NCBI RefSeq assembly: GCF_963921235.1
Contig: NC_086097.1
Coordinates: 219,730,001-219,794,000, forward strand
DNA length: 64,000 nucleotides
Direction: 5' to 3'
Origin: Mobula hypostoma
Lineage: Eukaryota
In this document: positions 1 to 12,954 of the stretch, piece after piece
Numbering within the stretch: the stretch's first letter is position 1
Layout of the letters: each line of letters starts with the position of its first letter
Position numbers and translations under genes: made by a program
Notes under the pieces: model-generated
Database searches by the model: none
Seen by the model: only the letters and a program-made list of their open reading frames with translations
Told to the model about the DNA's origin: nothing

Positions 1-742
1 TTTGTAGACAAAATGATGCAACTGATGTTTGAAAATAATTTGAGAAAAATAAAGCTAACGTTTCAGAAAAGTACAGGCTGTATTGTTGATTCAAAATATT
101 GCATGTACATCTTATGCATTTACCAAATTGAATCAGATTTTGCTATCAAGTTAATGTTTTAATAACAAACTTGGAAAAAATAAAATGACTTTTTTAAAAA
201 GCACATTCAGCTGTCAAAGTTGCAGTGAAATAAAATAAGGAAGCACCATCAGCACCTCTGGCTGTGGCACCTGTTATGAGATTATATTGGTATGTCTAAC
301 GAATGCAAAGACATCAATTTCAAAATTTAATTAAAATCATTTATTCTGCATGTCTCCAGGGTTTTAAAAATAGTCGAAAGAAAACAGCAACCCAACAATG
401 GATGTTAAAATCAATATCTCACTAAGAGCCACCATTTCTATTATTTACTGATCCAAAGGACAGCAGAAATACAAGTAGCTTTCATTACAGATATCTGCAA
501 TCACCCTTATTTATAATGGCAAGTAGAGCCATGTTAATGAACTTTTGAATGTTTCAGTGGAGGAAGATAAAACTGTTGGGAAGTTATGGAGCGTGTCATT
601 TTCAAGGACTCTGCAACTCGTTCTCATTTTTTTGCATTTGTATGGGTTGCCTTTATTTTGCTCATTGGTTGTCTGTATATAGTATTTCACTAATTCTATT
701 GTATTTCAGTCTTACTGTGAATGTGTGCAAGAAAATGAATCA

Positions 743-839
743 GTTACAACAAAAAAGAACCGAACAAAATCATTTTTTCTTTCTCCTCTTTATGACGGTT
801 TGGTTTACAACAGTTAGAAATATGGAGATTTGAAGTATG
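743..839 (+). repeat. 97-bp exact duplicate of 1656-1752, inserted in a LINE 3' tail
   Basis: gttacaacaaaaaagaaccg...gagatttgaagtatg is identical at both positions, and both ORF-track peptides end LQQKRTEQNHFFFLLFMTVWFTTVRNMEI. Confidence 0.95.
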
Positions 840-1039
840 GTGATTTTATATATTTTTTTTCCCCACATATAATTTACTTTGAACTTTGAAGTAAAGTCAC
901 CTGCACTAGTATCTTCCTTCAATGCTGCAAGGTGGGATTTCCAGCTTGGTTGGACATTTACAATGGCACAAACTTTAGTTCTTTTCCAGAGGATCTAGGA
1001 CTGCTTGCCGTAAATCGTAACATATACTTTTAGTGCTCA

Positions 1040-1490
1040 CCATATAAGTGCTCTGCTCACACATGACTGCATGGCCAAAACACCCAAGCAATCACATCGT
1101 CAAGTTTGCCATTGCCACAACATCACCAACAACGATGAGACAGCCTACAGAGAGGAGGTAGAAGAGCTCGAAGCTTAGTGCCTGGCAAATAACCTCTTCC
1201 TTAATGTCATCAAGACAAAGGAGATGTTTATCAATTTCAGGACCCACGCTGCTTTACATCGGTGGCACAGCAGTGGAAACTGCAAGTAGTTTCAAACTCA
1301 TGGGAGTGCAAATCATTCAAAACCTGTATTGGTCACAAAACGCAGCTTACACAGTCAAATCTATTTATTGTGTATTTTTTAATCTTTTGCATTTTTTTTT
1401 GTCTATGCATTGGATCCGGAGTAACAAATTATTTTGTTCTCCTTGAACTTGTATACAGGAAATGACATTAAACAATCTTGAATCTTGAGT
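1040..1490 (+). mobile_element. Rex1/Babar-like LINE 3' fragment (degenerate RT end plus tail)
   Basis: Degenerate ..THDCMAK..IVKFA....NNDETAYREEV.. motifs and a (cttgaat)n tail. Confidence 0.65.
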
Positions 1491-1984
1491 AAGGTCCTGC
1501 TAATAATGTATAGTGTGCAACATGCCAACCTCCTTTAATAATTCAAGGCTTGGCTGCTGTAAGATTTATCCTTACTCAATGAAAGGCAAATTCCTCCTTG
1601 GAGCAAAATTAGGCCATTTTTCATATAGATTTCCAACTATTTGCAAATCAGAGACGTTACAACAAAAAAGAACCGAACAAAATCATTTTTTCTTTCTCCT
1701 CTTTATGACGGTTTGGTTTACAACAGTTAGAAATATGGAGATTTGAAGTATGTCTCTGTTTCATGATAAATGGATTGCAGAAAGGAAAAAATCTGCATTA
1801 TACATATGTGACCATGGAGTATCTACTGTACAAAATCAAAAAGTATTGAGGGAGTGATCTAATGGTAGGCATATGGACATAGCAGATTCTCTGATGTTTA
1901 ACTAGAGCTCCCCACCATATATGTGACTTGATTGCATTGCCTTGCTTTGCTGCAATTCCAAATACTTGCCACCGAGTGGTGCTG

Positions 1985-2590
1985 TACTGCAGACATCTCG
2001 GTTGTTGAGCATCTTTGCTCCATCTGCAAAAAGCCGGACTCCCCGGTGGCCGACCATTTCAATTCCAATCCCCATTCCGACATGACATTCCATGACCTCC
2101 TCTTCTGCCATTGTGAGGCCATTCTTAGGTTGGAGGAGCAATGCCTTATATTCTGTCTAGGTAACCCCCAACTTGATGGCATAAACATCAATTTCTCCAA
2201 CTTACAGTAATTTTCCCCCTTCCCCTGCCCTCTTCTTCATTTCCCCACTCTTCCTCCCCCTACCTCTTCACCTTACCTGCCTTCCACCTTCCTGTTTTCC
2301 ATAGTCCACTCTCCTCTTCTGTCAAATTCCTTCTTCTCCAGCCCTTTACATTTTCCACCTATCACCTCCCAGCTTCTTACTTCATCCCCCTGTCCCCCAA
2401 CTCACCTGGCTCACCTATCTTCTTCCATTCTGGCATCTTCCCCTTTCCTTTCCAGTCCTGATGAAGGGTCTTGGCCTGAAATGTCAACTGTTTATTCATT
2501 TCCATTGATGCTGTCTGACCTGCAGAGTTCCTCCAGCAATTTGTGATTTTTGCTATGGATTTCCAGCATCTGCAAAATCTCTTGTGTTTT
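1985..2590 (+). mobile_element. Penelope-like element 3' fragment (GIY-YIG endonuclease C-terminus plus pLTR with hammerhead)
   Basis: ORF 1932-2210 ...VEHLCSI..PVADHFNS.PHSDM...LRLEEQCLIFCLG..QLDGININFSN is typical of the PLE endonuclease end. It is followed by a pyrimidine-rich tract and CTGATGA...GAAA. Confidence 0.8.
2453..2490 (+). ncRNA. Minimal hammerhead ribozyme motif (partly degenerate) in a PLE terminal repeat
   Basis: CAGUC-CUGAUGA-AGGGUCUUGGCCU-GAAA-U-GUC-AACUG. Confidence 0.6.
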
Positions 2591-3234
2591 TAGTTTGCCT
2601 ATCATGACTTAAAAAATAACGTATGAACTCCAATATTTCCAATTGTATAGGTGAAATGATTCAGCTTTTCCCCCTCGAGACTAAGCCAAATTAAACAAAG
2701 ATAGTTCTGAAAGTACAGCTGCATCTTTCCAAAGCCATCCTGAACCTGGGCTCTCCAACTTTCTCAGACTTCCTAAACTCAGCCCACCAGTTTATGTGCA
2801 GTTTTCCAGTTTCCTTTGGTATAGCTTGAGCCAATGGATGTTCCGGAAGTGGGCCCCTTGACTGATGGCTTAAGGCATTCTAAAGCTTTGCCCAATGGCT
2901 CATTTTAGCATTTCACAATGGGGCCCTGCCATTCAACAGCCTGATAATAGTAGAATGATCCTTGTAGGCACACTGGATCGAATGATTCAGTGACTGCCAT
3001 ACTTGCCTAAAGTTTGGTCCAGGTTCATAAAACATAAGTGAGCTTACAACAAAGATGGAGGCTAACTTTCATCCTTTAGAACATTTATTTATTTTCTTCA
3101 AGTCTGTTGAGTGCACAAGTTTGCAAACACAGCCCTTCCAAACAGCAACTAAGATTATGTCTGTCCAAGATATACACTGGGTAAATCTCCCAAAGCACAA
3201 TGATCCCTGCTGGCTTCAAGGGGAACATTGATTA

Positions 3235-3720
3235 GAATCAGAATCAGACTTAAATATCAACATCATGAAACTTCTTGTTCTGCGGCAGCAATACGCTGCA
3301 ATACATAGTAATAAAAACTATAAGTTACAATAAGTATATATAACAAATTAAATAAAATAAACAGCATAAAAAGCAATGGGAATATAGTGAGGTAGTGTTA
3401 ATGGATTTATTATCAAAAATCTAATGGCAAAGGGGAAAAAGCTGTTCATGAAATGTTGAGTGTGTGCCTTCATGCTCCTGTGACGACTCCTTGAAGGTAG
3501 CAATGAGAAGAGAGCATGTCCTGGGTGATGGGGGCCCTTAACGATGGATTCTGCCTTTCTGAGGCTTCGCCTTTTGAAGGTTCCCTCGATGCTGGGGAGG
3601 CTACTGCCCATGATGGAGCTGACTGAGTTTACAAATTTCTGTAGATTTTTCTGTCCTTGTTCTGTGGTCCCTCCATATCAGACAATGATGCAACCAGTTA
3701 GAATGCTCTCCACGGTACAT
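3235..3720 (-). mobile_element. Rex1/Babar-like LINE 3' fragment
   Basis: ORF 3348-3611 LPSIE..F..R..RKA.SI.K.PHHPGHALFSLLPS..R.RS and an (agaatc)n tail. Confidence 0.75.
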
Positions 3721-4175
3721 TTTTACATTACACCTCTTCTAATGGGTCTTTGCTTCTTGGGCAAAAAACCTTCAAGATCTCCATTTTAATGATCAATGAC
3801 AACATTACATGGCAAACAATTGCCAGAGAAAGAATAATGTGAACTCATTATCTTTGTGTCATAAAAATCCTATTGTTCTGCTTAGTAACTGTAATTAAAA
3901 TATGAACAGAGTAATGCCCATTAAGCATGTTTAAAGCCACCTTCCCATTATCAGTATGCTTAATGGATTCTGAGATATTCACCTCACTGACACAAGGCTG
4001 ACCTTCCCTCTGACAGAAGCTCTTATTTGGTATATTAAATAGGATGACACAGTCATTTGAGATTGCTCATCTAGTTGTTATTATTATATTTAAGTCAAAC
4101 GCAATAAGTAATGTTTTCATTTATGTATCTGTCAAAAATGTAAATGCAAGTATGCCTATTTATTTGTTAATAATA

Positions 4176-4791
4176 CAAGGGGTGATTGATAAGTTTGTGG
4201 CCTATGGTGAAAAAGTCAATTTTAGAAAACCTAGCACATTTATTTTTCAACATAGTCCCCTCCTACATGTACACACTTAGTCCAGCGGTCATGGAGCATA
4301 CGGATCTTGGATCTCCAGAAAGTGTCCACAGCAGGGGTGATTGATAAGCTTGTGGCCTAAGGTAAAAGGAGATGCGTTATTAACTTCAAACTTTCTGCAT
4401 TATCACTCAAAGAGTTGAACTGCACGTGTATGTAACGAGAGCGTCTTGGACCTCCAGGTGGTCTACAGCAGGGGTGATTGATAAGTTTGTGGCCTGAGGT
4501 AGAAGGAGATGAGTTATACAGCTCTCATTACATGCACGTGCAGTTCAACTCTTTGGGTAAAAATGCAGAAAGTTTGAAGTTGATAATGCATCTCCTTCCA
4601 CCCTAGGCCACGAACTTATCAATCACCCCATGCTGTGTACCACTTCTGGAGGTCCAAGACGCCGACTTCTACAAAAAAGGGATCCTTATGCTCCACAACC
4701 GCTGGACTAAGTGTGTAAATGTAGGAAAAATAAATGTGCTCGGTTTTCTAAAATTGACTCCTTAGGCCATGAACTTATCAATCACCCCTCG
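4176..4791. mobile_element. Non-autonomous Tc1/Mariner-type fold-back MITE
   Basis: TA|caaggggtgattgataagtttgtggcct ... aggccatgaacttatcaatcacccctcg|TA. Long inverted arms, TA target duplication, no ORF. Confidence 0.85.
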
Positions 4792-5364
4792 TATATTGTA
4801 TACTGCAGTTTTAGCTCTTGATTTCTACCATGGATACTTCTTACCTAAAGTAGAATGAAGAAGTAAACAGGACAAATAAAAAGAATGACATAGCAGTGTG
4901 CATTTTAAATCACCAAGGTTTGCAGTAACATGCCTTGATGTGATCAGATAAGGTGAATATCTCCTCAGTCATTGTGAATTACAGCAGCTAAAGAACCATA
5001 GCTCATTTCAGTCCTCCCAGTACAAGTGATCTCTGACTGTCATTTACATTAGCATCTAAGTACCTGGAATTTTTCATTGCTGCTGGTTTCTGTTTATTCT
5101 CTGACCCAAAATCTAGAAAGAAGTATGTGTGACTTAGACATTTCAAAATACCACAGATTTCTGTAGAGTGGATACAATTAGCTATAAACTTATTGGCCTA
5201 GGCTGTACATTATCTTCAATGTTCCACTTATCTCCATATTTTCAGAAAGCATGCATCTTTCCAGATTTATGAGTACACCTTTTCATTGAAGTGTACTGTC
5301 CTAGATATGATTGAGCCCAGTTTTTAAGTACTGTTAAAATTTAAATAATTCAAGATTTTAGACT

Positions 5365-7305
5365 ATAAGACCAATAAACATAGGAGCAGAATTAGGCTAT
5401 TCGGCCTATCGAGTCTGCTCCACTGTTTGATCATTGCTGACCCATTTCCCTGTCAACCCCATTCTCGTGCCTTCTACCCATAACCTTCCCACTCTGACTT
5501 ATCAAGAATCTATCAACCGCCACCTTAAATACACTCAATGACCTGGCCTTCACAGTCACCTATGGCAATGACTTCCACAGATTCACCACCATCTGGCTAA
5601 AGAAATTCCTCCTAAGTAGACATCCCTCTACTCTGAGGCTGTGCCCTCTGATCCTACACACCCCCACTACAGGAAATATCCTCTCCACATCCGTTCTATC
5701 TAGGCCTTTCAACATTCGATAGGTTTCAATGAAACCACCTCTCGTTCTTCCAGATTCCAGTGAGTACAGGCCCAGAGCCATCAAATGCTCCTCATATGAT
5801 AAGCCTTTCAATCCCAGGATAATTTTTGTGACCCTCCTTTGAACCCTCTCCAATGTCAGCACATCTTTTCCTTAGGTAAGGAGCCCAAAACTGCTCTCAA
5901 TATTCCAAGTGACGCCCCCAAGTAAAGTCTCAGCATTACATCCTTGTTTTTACATTCTAGTCCTCTTGAAATGAATGCTAACATTGTATTTGCCTTCTTC
6001 ACTGAATTTGAATTGAATTGACTTTATTACTTACATCCTTCATATACATGAGGAGTAAACATCTTTATGTTACGTCTGACTAAATGTGCAATTTTTAGTA
6101 ATTTATAATTGTATGTACAACAGGATAGTCAATGTAACATAGAAATACAATTGTATTAATTAGTCAGTCTGATGGCCCGGTGAAAGAAGCTGTACCAGAG
6201 CCTGTTGGTCCTTGCTTTTATGCTGCAGTACCATTTCCCAGATGGTAGTAGCTGGATTAGTTTGTGGTTGGGGTGACGCGGGTCCCCAGTGATCCTTTTT
6301 CACACCCGTCCTTGTAAATGTCCTGAATAGTGGGAAGTTCACATCTACAGATGTGCTGGGCTGTCTGCACCACTCTCTGTAGAGTCCTGTGATTGAGGGA
6401 AGTGCAGTTCCCATACCAAGCAGTGATGCAGCCAGTCAGGATGCTCTCAATTGTGCCCCTGTGGAAAGTTCTTAGGATTTGGGAGCCTATACCAAGCTTC
6501 TTCAACCGTCGGAAATGAAAGAGGCACTTTTGTGCATTTTTCACCACACAGCTAGTACGTACATACCTCGTGAGATCCTTGGTGATCTATATGCCGAGGT
6601 ACTTAAAGCTGTTCACCCTCTCAACCCTAAATCCATTGATGTCAGTAGGGGTTAGTCTGTCTGCATTCCTCCTGTAGTCCCAACCAACTCCTTTGTTTTT
6701 GTGACATTGACGGAGAGGTTGTTTTCTTAACACCACTGTGTCAGAGTGATGACATATTCTCTGTAGGCTGCCTCATTATTATTTGAGATTAGGCCAATCA
6801 ATGTAGTATCGTCAGCAAATTTAATTAGCAGATTGGAGCTGTACATGACGACACAGTCATGGGTATACAGAGAGTAAAGGAGGGGACTTAGGACAGAGCA
6901 CTGCTGACTCTACCTACCGGCTAACCGTTGGGGAATCCTGCACGAGGACTCCCAAGTCCCTTTAACCCTTGGATTTTTTCATTTTCTCCCCATTTAGAAA
7001 ATAGTCTCCACTATTATTTCTTCCACCAAAATGCATGACCATACCCTTCCCAACACTGTATTCCATCTGCTCATTCTCCTAATCTGTCTCAGTCCTTTTG
7101 CAGACTCCCTGCTTCCTCAACACTACCTAACCCCTTGTCCACAAAGCCATCGATTCCATCCAAATCATTGACGTACAATGCAAAAAGAATCAGTCCCAAC
7201 ACCAGCCCTTGTGGAACACCACCAGCCACTGGCAGCCAGTCAGGAAAGGTTCCATTTATTCCCACTCTTCGCTTCCTGCCGATCAGTCAATGCTCTATCC
7301 AGGCA
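5365..7305 (-). mobile_element. CR1 LINE 3' fragment interrupted by a Rex/Babar insertion at ~6005-6900
   Basis: ORF 5560-5862 LERVQRR.TK...GLKGLSYEEHL.ALGLYSLE; CR1 sequence resumes at ~6904. Confidence 0.8.
6005..6900 (-). mobile_element. Rex1/Babar-like LINE 3' fragment nested in CR1
   Basis: ORF 6257-6547 AQKCLFH.RRLKK....IESILTGCITAWYGN; (gaatt)n tail; possible 5-bp TSD cactg. Confidence 0.8.
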
Positions 7306-7659
7306 GCCTCATGTGCAGCACATCACCAAATGCCTTTTGAAAACAGAAGGCACCTGTGATTTGATTTCCTCTGTGTTAGAGAAAGTTACCATGATACAAG
7401 CTTGACTTGAATGTGAAATGGTCTCTCTGCAAGTGCCTAATAGGGGTAACATCTGTCTTAAGTGGTCAATGTAAGACTGAGCTGCCCTGAAAGCAGCTGG
7501 TCAGGTTGTTCACTATTTAACCAGCAACTCCAAAGGGATGACATGTTTACTGTCAAAGCAATGCTTTATATATATAAAATCCTTGAATGTGGAGATAATT
7601 CTGCTAGAATTATCACCTCTCTCCTTTTTACTCAAACACCCTCAGTAATGTGCTATTTA

Positions 7660-8105
7660 AATCAAATCAAATTTAACTTTAATTATTGTTCAGCCATACA
7701 TGAATACACCCAAATGAAACTGCGTTCCTCTGGAACCAAAGTGCAAAACATGCACAGCCTATTCAAAATAGCGAGCAAAAAAACATATGTATAGCTCCCA
7801 AGTCCCTGAGTGACATGTCCCACAAATAGATGGTGCAATTCCTGGCAGCACACAGGAGCACACAATCCAGCCTGTCATTCCACTGCTCTAATACTGGAGG
7901 CATCACCGACAGGAAAGGCCAGTCCCCACCCAAGCACGGATGCCACATTACATGACCTCCAGCTTACCTCTCTTGGACTGCAGCAGCAGGCAACCTTGTG
8001 TTTGGGGTCTAGACCTCCCTACAACTGAGGCTACGCAGCTCCCCCGCCACCTATCGCACCACCAAACAAGGGAAAGGGGCCTGCGACATCTTACAAATCA
8101 GTCGC
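7660..8105 (-). mobile_element. Probable non-autonomous retroelement fragment, family unclear
   Basis: (aaatc)n tail followed by a GC-richer body, resembling the Rex-type tails elsewhere in the window. Confidence 0.4.
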
Positions 8106-10619
8106 TTTTTTCCACCTCCTACAGTCAGTAATATAATGACTTGAATCAGAACCCTCTTTTTGATAAGTTGCCTGAAAATGCTTGGCAGTGGACCAAGGAT
8201 CATCAGTTACACCATGAGCCAGCCTGTCACCAAGTCAAACCTCTCTCCTATCTATTGTGTCAGAGCAATGGCAGCAATGCACAATGTAGCATGTGTCCTC
8301 GCTTTCGTGAGTCCCTTGGTATCTTGTATAACTGTTGAATTTATATCCACTGCAGTACACTTTATATCCATTTTGTGATTAGTCTTTGCAATGCTATAAG
8401 ACAGTTTATTCACTCACTTAGAATATTGGAATTATGGACAAATATTGCAAAATTTGTTTCTAACTCAAATACTTTTGGTGGTCAGAATTCTTGTTTATTT
8501 CAATTTACATAGAAAAGGGGGCTTGAATCACAAGAGCTACAAAAAGCAACTGCCCAAACTTGAGGCATGTAAAAATGTTTTTGCAATACAGATTGAAAAA
8601 AAGTTTTTACAATGCAGTTTTCTGGTCCAAGAATATCTATGATTGCAACCAAACTGCGAGTTTAGTGCATCCCTGGGTTTCAGCAATGACAGCACGCAGC
8701 CTGTGGCTCTCTGCACTGCCTGCTTTATATTTCCTGCCATTAATGTTTTGTCTCTAGCAGTGTAGTAAGGAAAATCAATACCCAGTCCCAATAGCACGAT
8801 TCCTATCAATGCATTCTACTACCAAAGGCTGCCAAAAAAAAGGACATTTGCACAGAAAGCATTCATTGTATGATGCAGATCATCAGGAAAAACAGAAAAA
8901 TCTGAAAAAAAACAAACAAGTTTTAAAAATATATTTACATGGCACTTCCTTCCCACTGCGGATACCACAGGCTGAGAAGTAAACCATGTTGGTCATATCG
9001 CAACTCATAAAATAGGAGGGAATTTACTATTGCTCAGTCAGAGCTTATTTTCTTTTTAAGGTGACATTATCCAAATACTTTTTTTCAAATTGCATAAAAA
9101 TAAACATAGTCTGACCAAATCCTAATTTTTATTGGTTTGCATTTCCATTCCATTTGCAACCTGTTCCCTGTTATAGAATTTTCACTGCCATTTTTCACAT
9201 GAAAGCATAGTAATTTTATAAAAGAGAAACATCTGCTCACAATATCCCTTTATTACATTCCAATGAGAATCCCGTGTGTTTCTTAATGTGTTGTTATTTG
9301 CCATTACAGGTTTTCTCATTGGAGATTGTCATATTTAATGGAAGCGAGAGTACTTCAACACAGATCACCCACTGGCTTGTTCAAGGCCTAAAGGATCTTT
9401 GAAAATACTTGGGCTCAAGGTATGAAACAGCAACCAGTTCCACCAGTTTTAATGCAGTACAACAATTTTGTGAGATCTGAAAGAAGCTAAGGTAACCAAA
9501 CACAAGAATTGGTTCTCATGATATTGAATTTAGTCTATATCTTCCACACCTATGCACAAAGATATAGGTGTGCAGCAAAAAGTTATCAAAGTAAATTTTG
9601 GATTTACATTCACAAAATTTAAGGGTACAAATTACTAGATCTAGGCTTCCTTCACTACGATTTGAAGGTAACCTGTCTGTCCGAGCTTATGAGCGTAGGT
9701 TTCTGCACCAGACTCTTATCTACAGGTATGAATTAAAATCACCTTCAATTTTGTCCTTCCACCTCACAACTTCCCCACGTTTTAGTTCTCTACCACCTCA
9801 GCTGAGACCAATCACAGAACCAACCAATTTGCTTCACACAGTAGTTGATTGCACTCCATCCTCCCATGATCTCAACCTGACCCTCAAAGTCTCCAGTTCC
9901 TGCAACAGTTAGCTGTCAACAATCAAAAGGCTGTTGTGCACAGCCTGATCTGTTGTTCCACAAAATGCCTTGGGTATGAGTGCAGAGGATTACGGTAAAC
10001 ATGCGCTGGACTATCTCACATTACAGGGCTAACAAACTTTTCTTGGTACAGAACTGTTTCTCAGCCATACTTCCTCATTTCTATAATTCTTTCTTCAAAG
10101 ATTTTGGACTGGAAAAAATGGGATGCTTTATTTTCAAGGACAACCAAATCTCTTTAGCAAAGTTATTAGATGGTTTCAAAAGCATTCAAATTGTCTGACC
10201 TTGGAGAATTTTAAGAATCTTCTGTTCAAGTAGTCTGCGGGTATCTGAGAATGTGTTAATTCTGCAGGATTATCAAATCTGTCATTGCCGCGCCAGATGA
10301 ATTGTCTTTACTTTAGACTTTACTGATTTGTCTTTATAGAACTTTTCAGCTATTCTACACCAATGAGAATTTTCCTGCTTAAGGTCTGCATGGCATAAAA
10401 AGTGGCTGTCACATAGAAATTTCATTTTGAAGTTCTTACGACGGACAATAATTCAGGCTTATCAGGAAATAAGGGAAGCTAAAAAGTAGTCATTGGGTCA
10501 CTGTGCGAAATATTAAAAGTAACCAAAACATTGTCAGAGATTATGGCGGGACTTAAAAGAAGAGATGAGATAGAGAACCTGACAAGTGAGAGGTTTTGCA
10601 CTTCAGTAGGGCCAACCAA

Positions 10620-11240
10620 GTAGGTCTTGCATAGTGAACGGTAGGGCACTGAGGAGTGCAGTAGAACAAAAGGTTCTAGGAATACAAGTCCATAATTCAT
10701 TGAAAGTGGCGTCACATGTAGATAGGGTCATAAAGAAAACTTTTGGCACACCAGCCTTCATAAATCAATCTATTGAGTACATAGGATGGGAATGTTATGT
10801 TGAAGCTGTATAAGATGTTGGTGAGGTCCAATTTGGAGTACTGTGTGCAGTTTTTGTCACCTACCTACAGGAAAGATGTAAACAAGATTGAAAGAGTATA
10901 GGGAAAATTTACAAGGATGTTGTCAGGTCTGGAGGAGATGAGTTATAAGGGCAGATTGAATAGGTTAGGAGTGTGTTCCTTAGGATATAGAAGATTGAGG
11001 AGATAATGAGAGGTGTAGATGGGGTAAATCCAAGCAGGCTTTTTTCACTGGGGTTGGTTGGGACTACAACCAGAGATTGTGGGTTAAGGGTGAAAGGTAA
11101 AAGTTTAAAGGGAACATGAGGGGAAACTACTTCACCTAGAGGATCTGAGTGACCATGACGTCTGGTTTAGTAGACAGTTTAAATGGTTTCAGCATGGACA
11201 AGGTGGGCTAAGGGCCTATTTCTGTGCTGTACTTCTCCAT
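10620..11240 (+). mobile_element. CR1 LINE 3' fragment
   Basis: Degenerate LYK.LVR.NLEYCVQF.SP.YRKD; similar to the 32390-33312 copy. Confidence 0.8.
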
Positions 11241-11726
11241 GACTAAACCTAAGGATTAGTTCCATATTTTTGTTAATAACTGACTGTTGGAACAGTGTGG
11301 ATGATCTAAGGTTGAGTAGAGTTAACAGTGAAGCTGTAGGGCTACAGGGATTCACAAAATTGGAAAAGGGGAGACTGCAAAGGGGGATTAAGATAAAAAT
11401 TGCTTTTGACATAATAAATCATATGGTAATTTTGTTCGGTTAACTTAGTTCTGATAAGTAAAATAGACGGTGCAGGGTGGTAGATGGTCAGCAAAGTTTT
11501 AAATGGAGGCCTTACACTTCTTTGTTCAGTGTGCAATTCTGTGCATCTAGACTTCACTACTCTTTGTGAAATCCTATATGGTTCACACACCAGCTGCAGT
11601 AAGTAACATACTGTGCAATGACTTCATGGAGTGCAACGACCAACTTCCACCCATTTTCAGAGGCCAAAAATAACTGCCAGAAAAAACTATAAGGCTATGC
11701 AGTAATATGTAACTACAATGAGGATA

Positions 11727-11820
11727 ACACACACAAAATGCTGGAGGAACTCAGCAGGCCTGGCAGCATCAATGGAAATGAGTAAACAGTTGATGTTTTA
11801 GACCGAGAACCTTCTTCAGT
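11727..11820 (-). mobile_element. Penelope-like terminal repeat fragment
   Basis: aacacacacaaaatgctggaggaactcagcaggcc...cagcatc, the reverse complement of the 2.5-kb pLTR. Confidence 0.7.
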
Positions 11821-12043
11821 GAGGATAAGTCCTAATTGTGGCATCAGTATTTTGTTAGCACAAAAGCTTCTGGGTCATGCTCTCTGATAAGTGTTATCGT
11901 TGATCCACAATGCATCCACTCTTGAGTATTCTCTCATGGTCTGGCTGTTTTAGGCAAAATGAGGTACAATATTCCTGATTATATTTAATGCAAGGAATCC
12001 TCAGGTGGCTTGACAAACTGAGGAAAATCAATCAATTTAAATA

Positions 12044-12641
12044 CAGGTGTGTGCTGCTTAGCGTCCATTTGGACAACGTCCTATCGCATATACATCCGTA
12101 GTCCCAATCAGAGAACGTGTCGTAGCGGACATAGCCAATCTCGTGTATCGCGCATCTGTTGAGTGTAGTAGTAGCATTATCTCTCTGTTTAATTTTCTTT
12201 GAAAATATTACCGTAAAGTACATCATGGCTTCCAAACACAGCAAAACCACTCCTAGCAACAGCAGCAGCAAGAGGCAAAGGAAAAGTATTGATTTGGAAG
12301 TGAAACAAAAGGTTATTAAACAATATGAAGGTGGAAAACCAGCGAATGCTATTGCTCGGGATTTAGGCATGTCGCACTCGACAATCACGATGATCCTGAA
12401 AAACAAAGAAAAAATTCTCGAAGCTGTTAAAGGATCGGCTTCACTGAAAACTACAAGGCTCACGAAAATGCAAGAGGGACCTATATCGGATATGGAGAAA
12501 TTGCTAATGACATGGATTTAGTCAATACAGGTACACTACACTACACCATATAGGTTTGCTAAGTATATAATATGGTGTTCGCAAATCACATAACGTTCGA
12601 TTTCACAGAACATATCATGGACGTTAAGCAATGCATACCTG
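12044..12641 (+). mobile_element. Internally deleted Tigger/pogo DNA transposon retaining the transposase N-terminal HTH (CENP-B/psq) coding region
   Basis: TA|caggtgtgtgctgcttagcgtcc ... ggacgttaagcaatgcatacctg|TA (23-bp imperfect TIR, TA TSD). ORF MASKHSK...KRQRKSIDLEVKQKVIKQYEGGK..NAIARDLGMSHSTI.MILKNKEKI...ISDMEKLLMTWI. Confidence 0.9.
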
Positions 12642-12954
12642 TATACCAAAAACCAGCTGGACCAAAATGCAACCGAACATTTACACTGAGTGCAAAATGA
12701 GAAATCTTGTCTATACATCTACTGAACAATGAACAGACTCACCATTTGTTTTCCATTAACCTTTCAAGAAGCAAGATCTGTATATAATTACAAATTCACT
12801 CCTTTCAATTAAGGAAATTTTACTATGTGGCTTGGGCAGAAAGATGTGCATTTTCCTTGAAGCACTATGTATTTGAAGTTACCTATTGATATCAGTTACC
12901 CTGGATGACTGACCTGTTCAATGTTCACTTGTTCAACATGAACACAGCATCTTA

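Noticed and set aside
1630..1748. Possible plus-strand exon (tag|ATT...GAA|gtatgt) overlapping the 97-bp duplicate donor
   Set aside because: All three frames contain stops.
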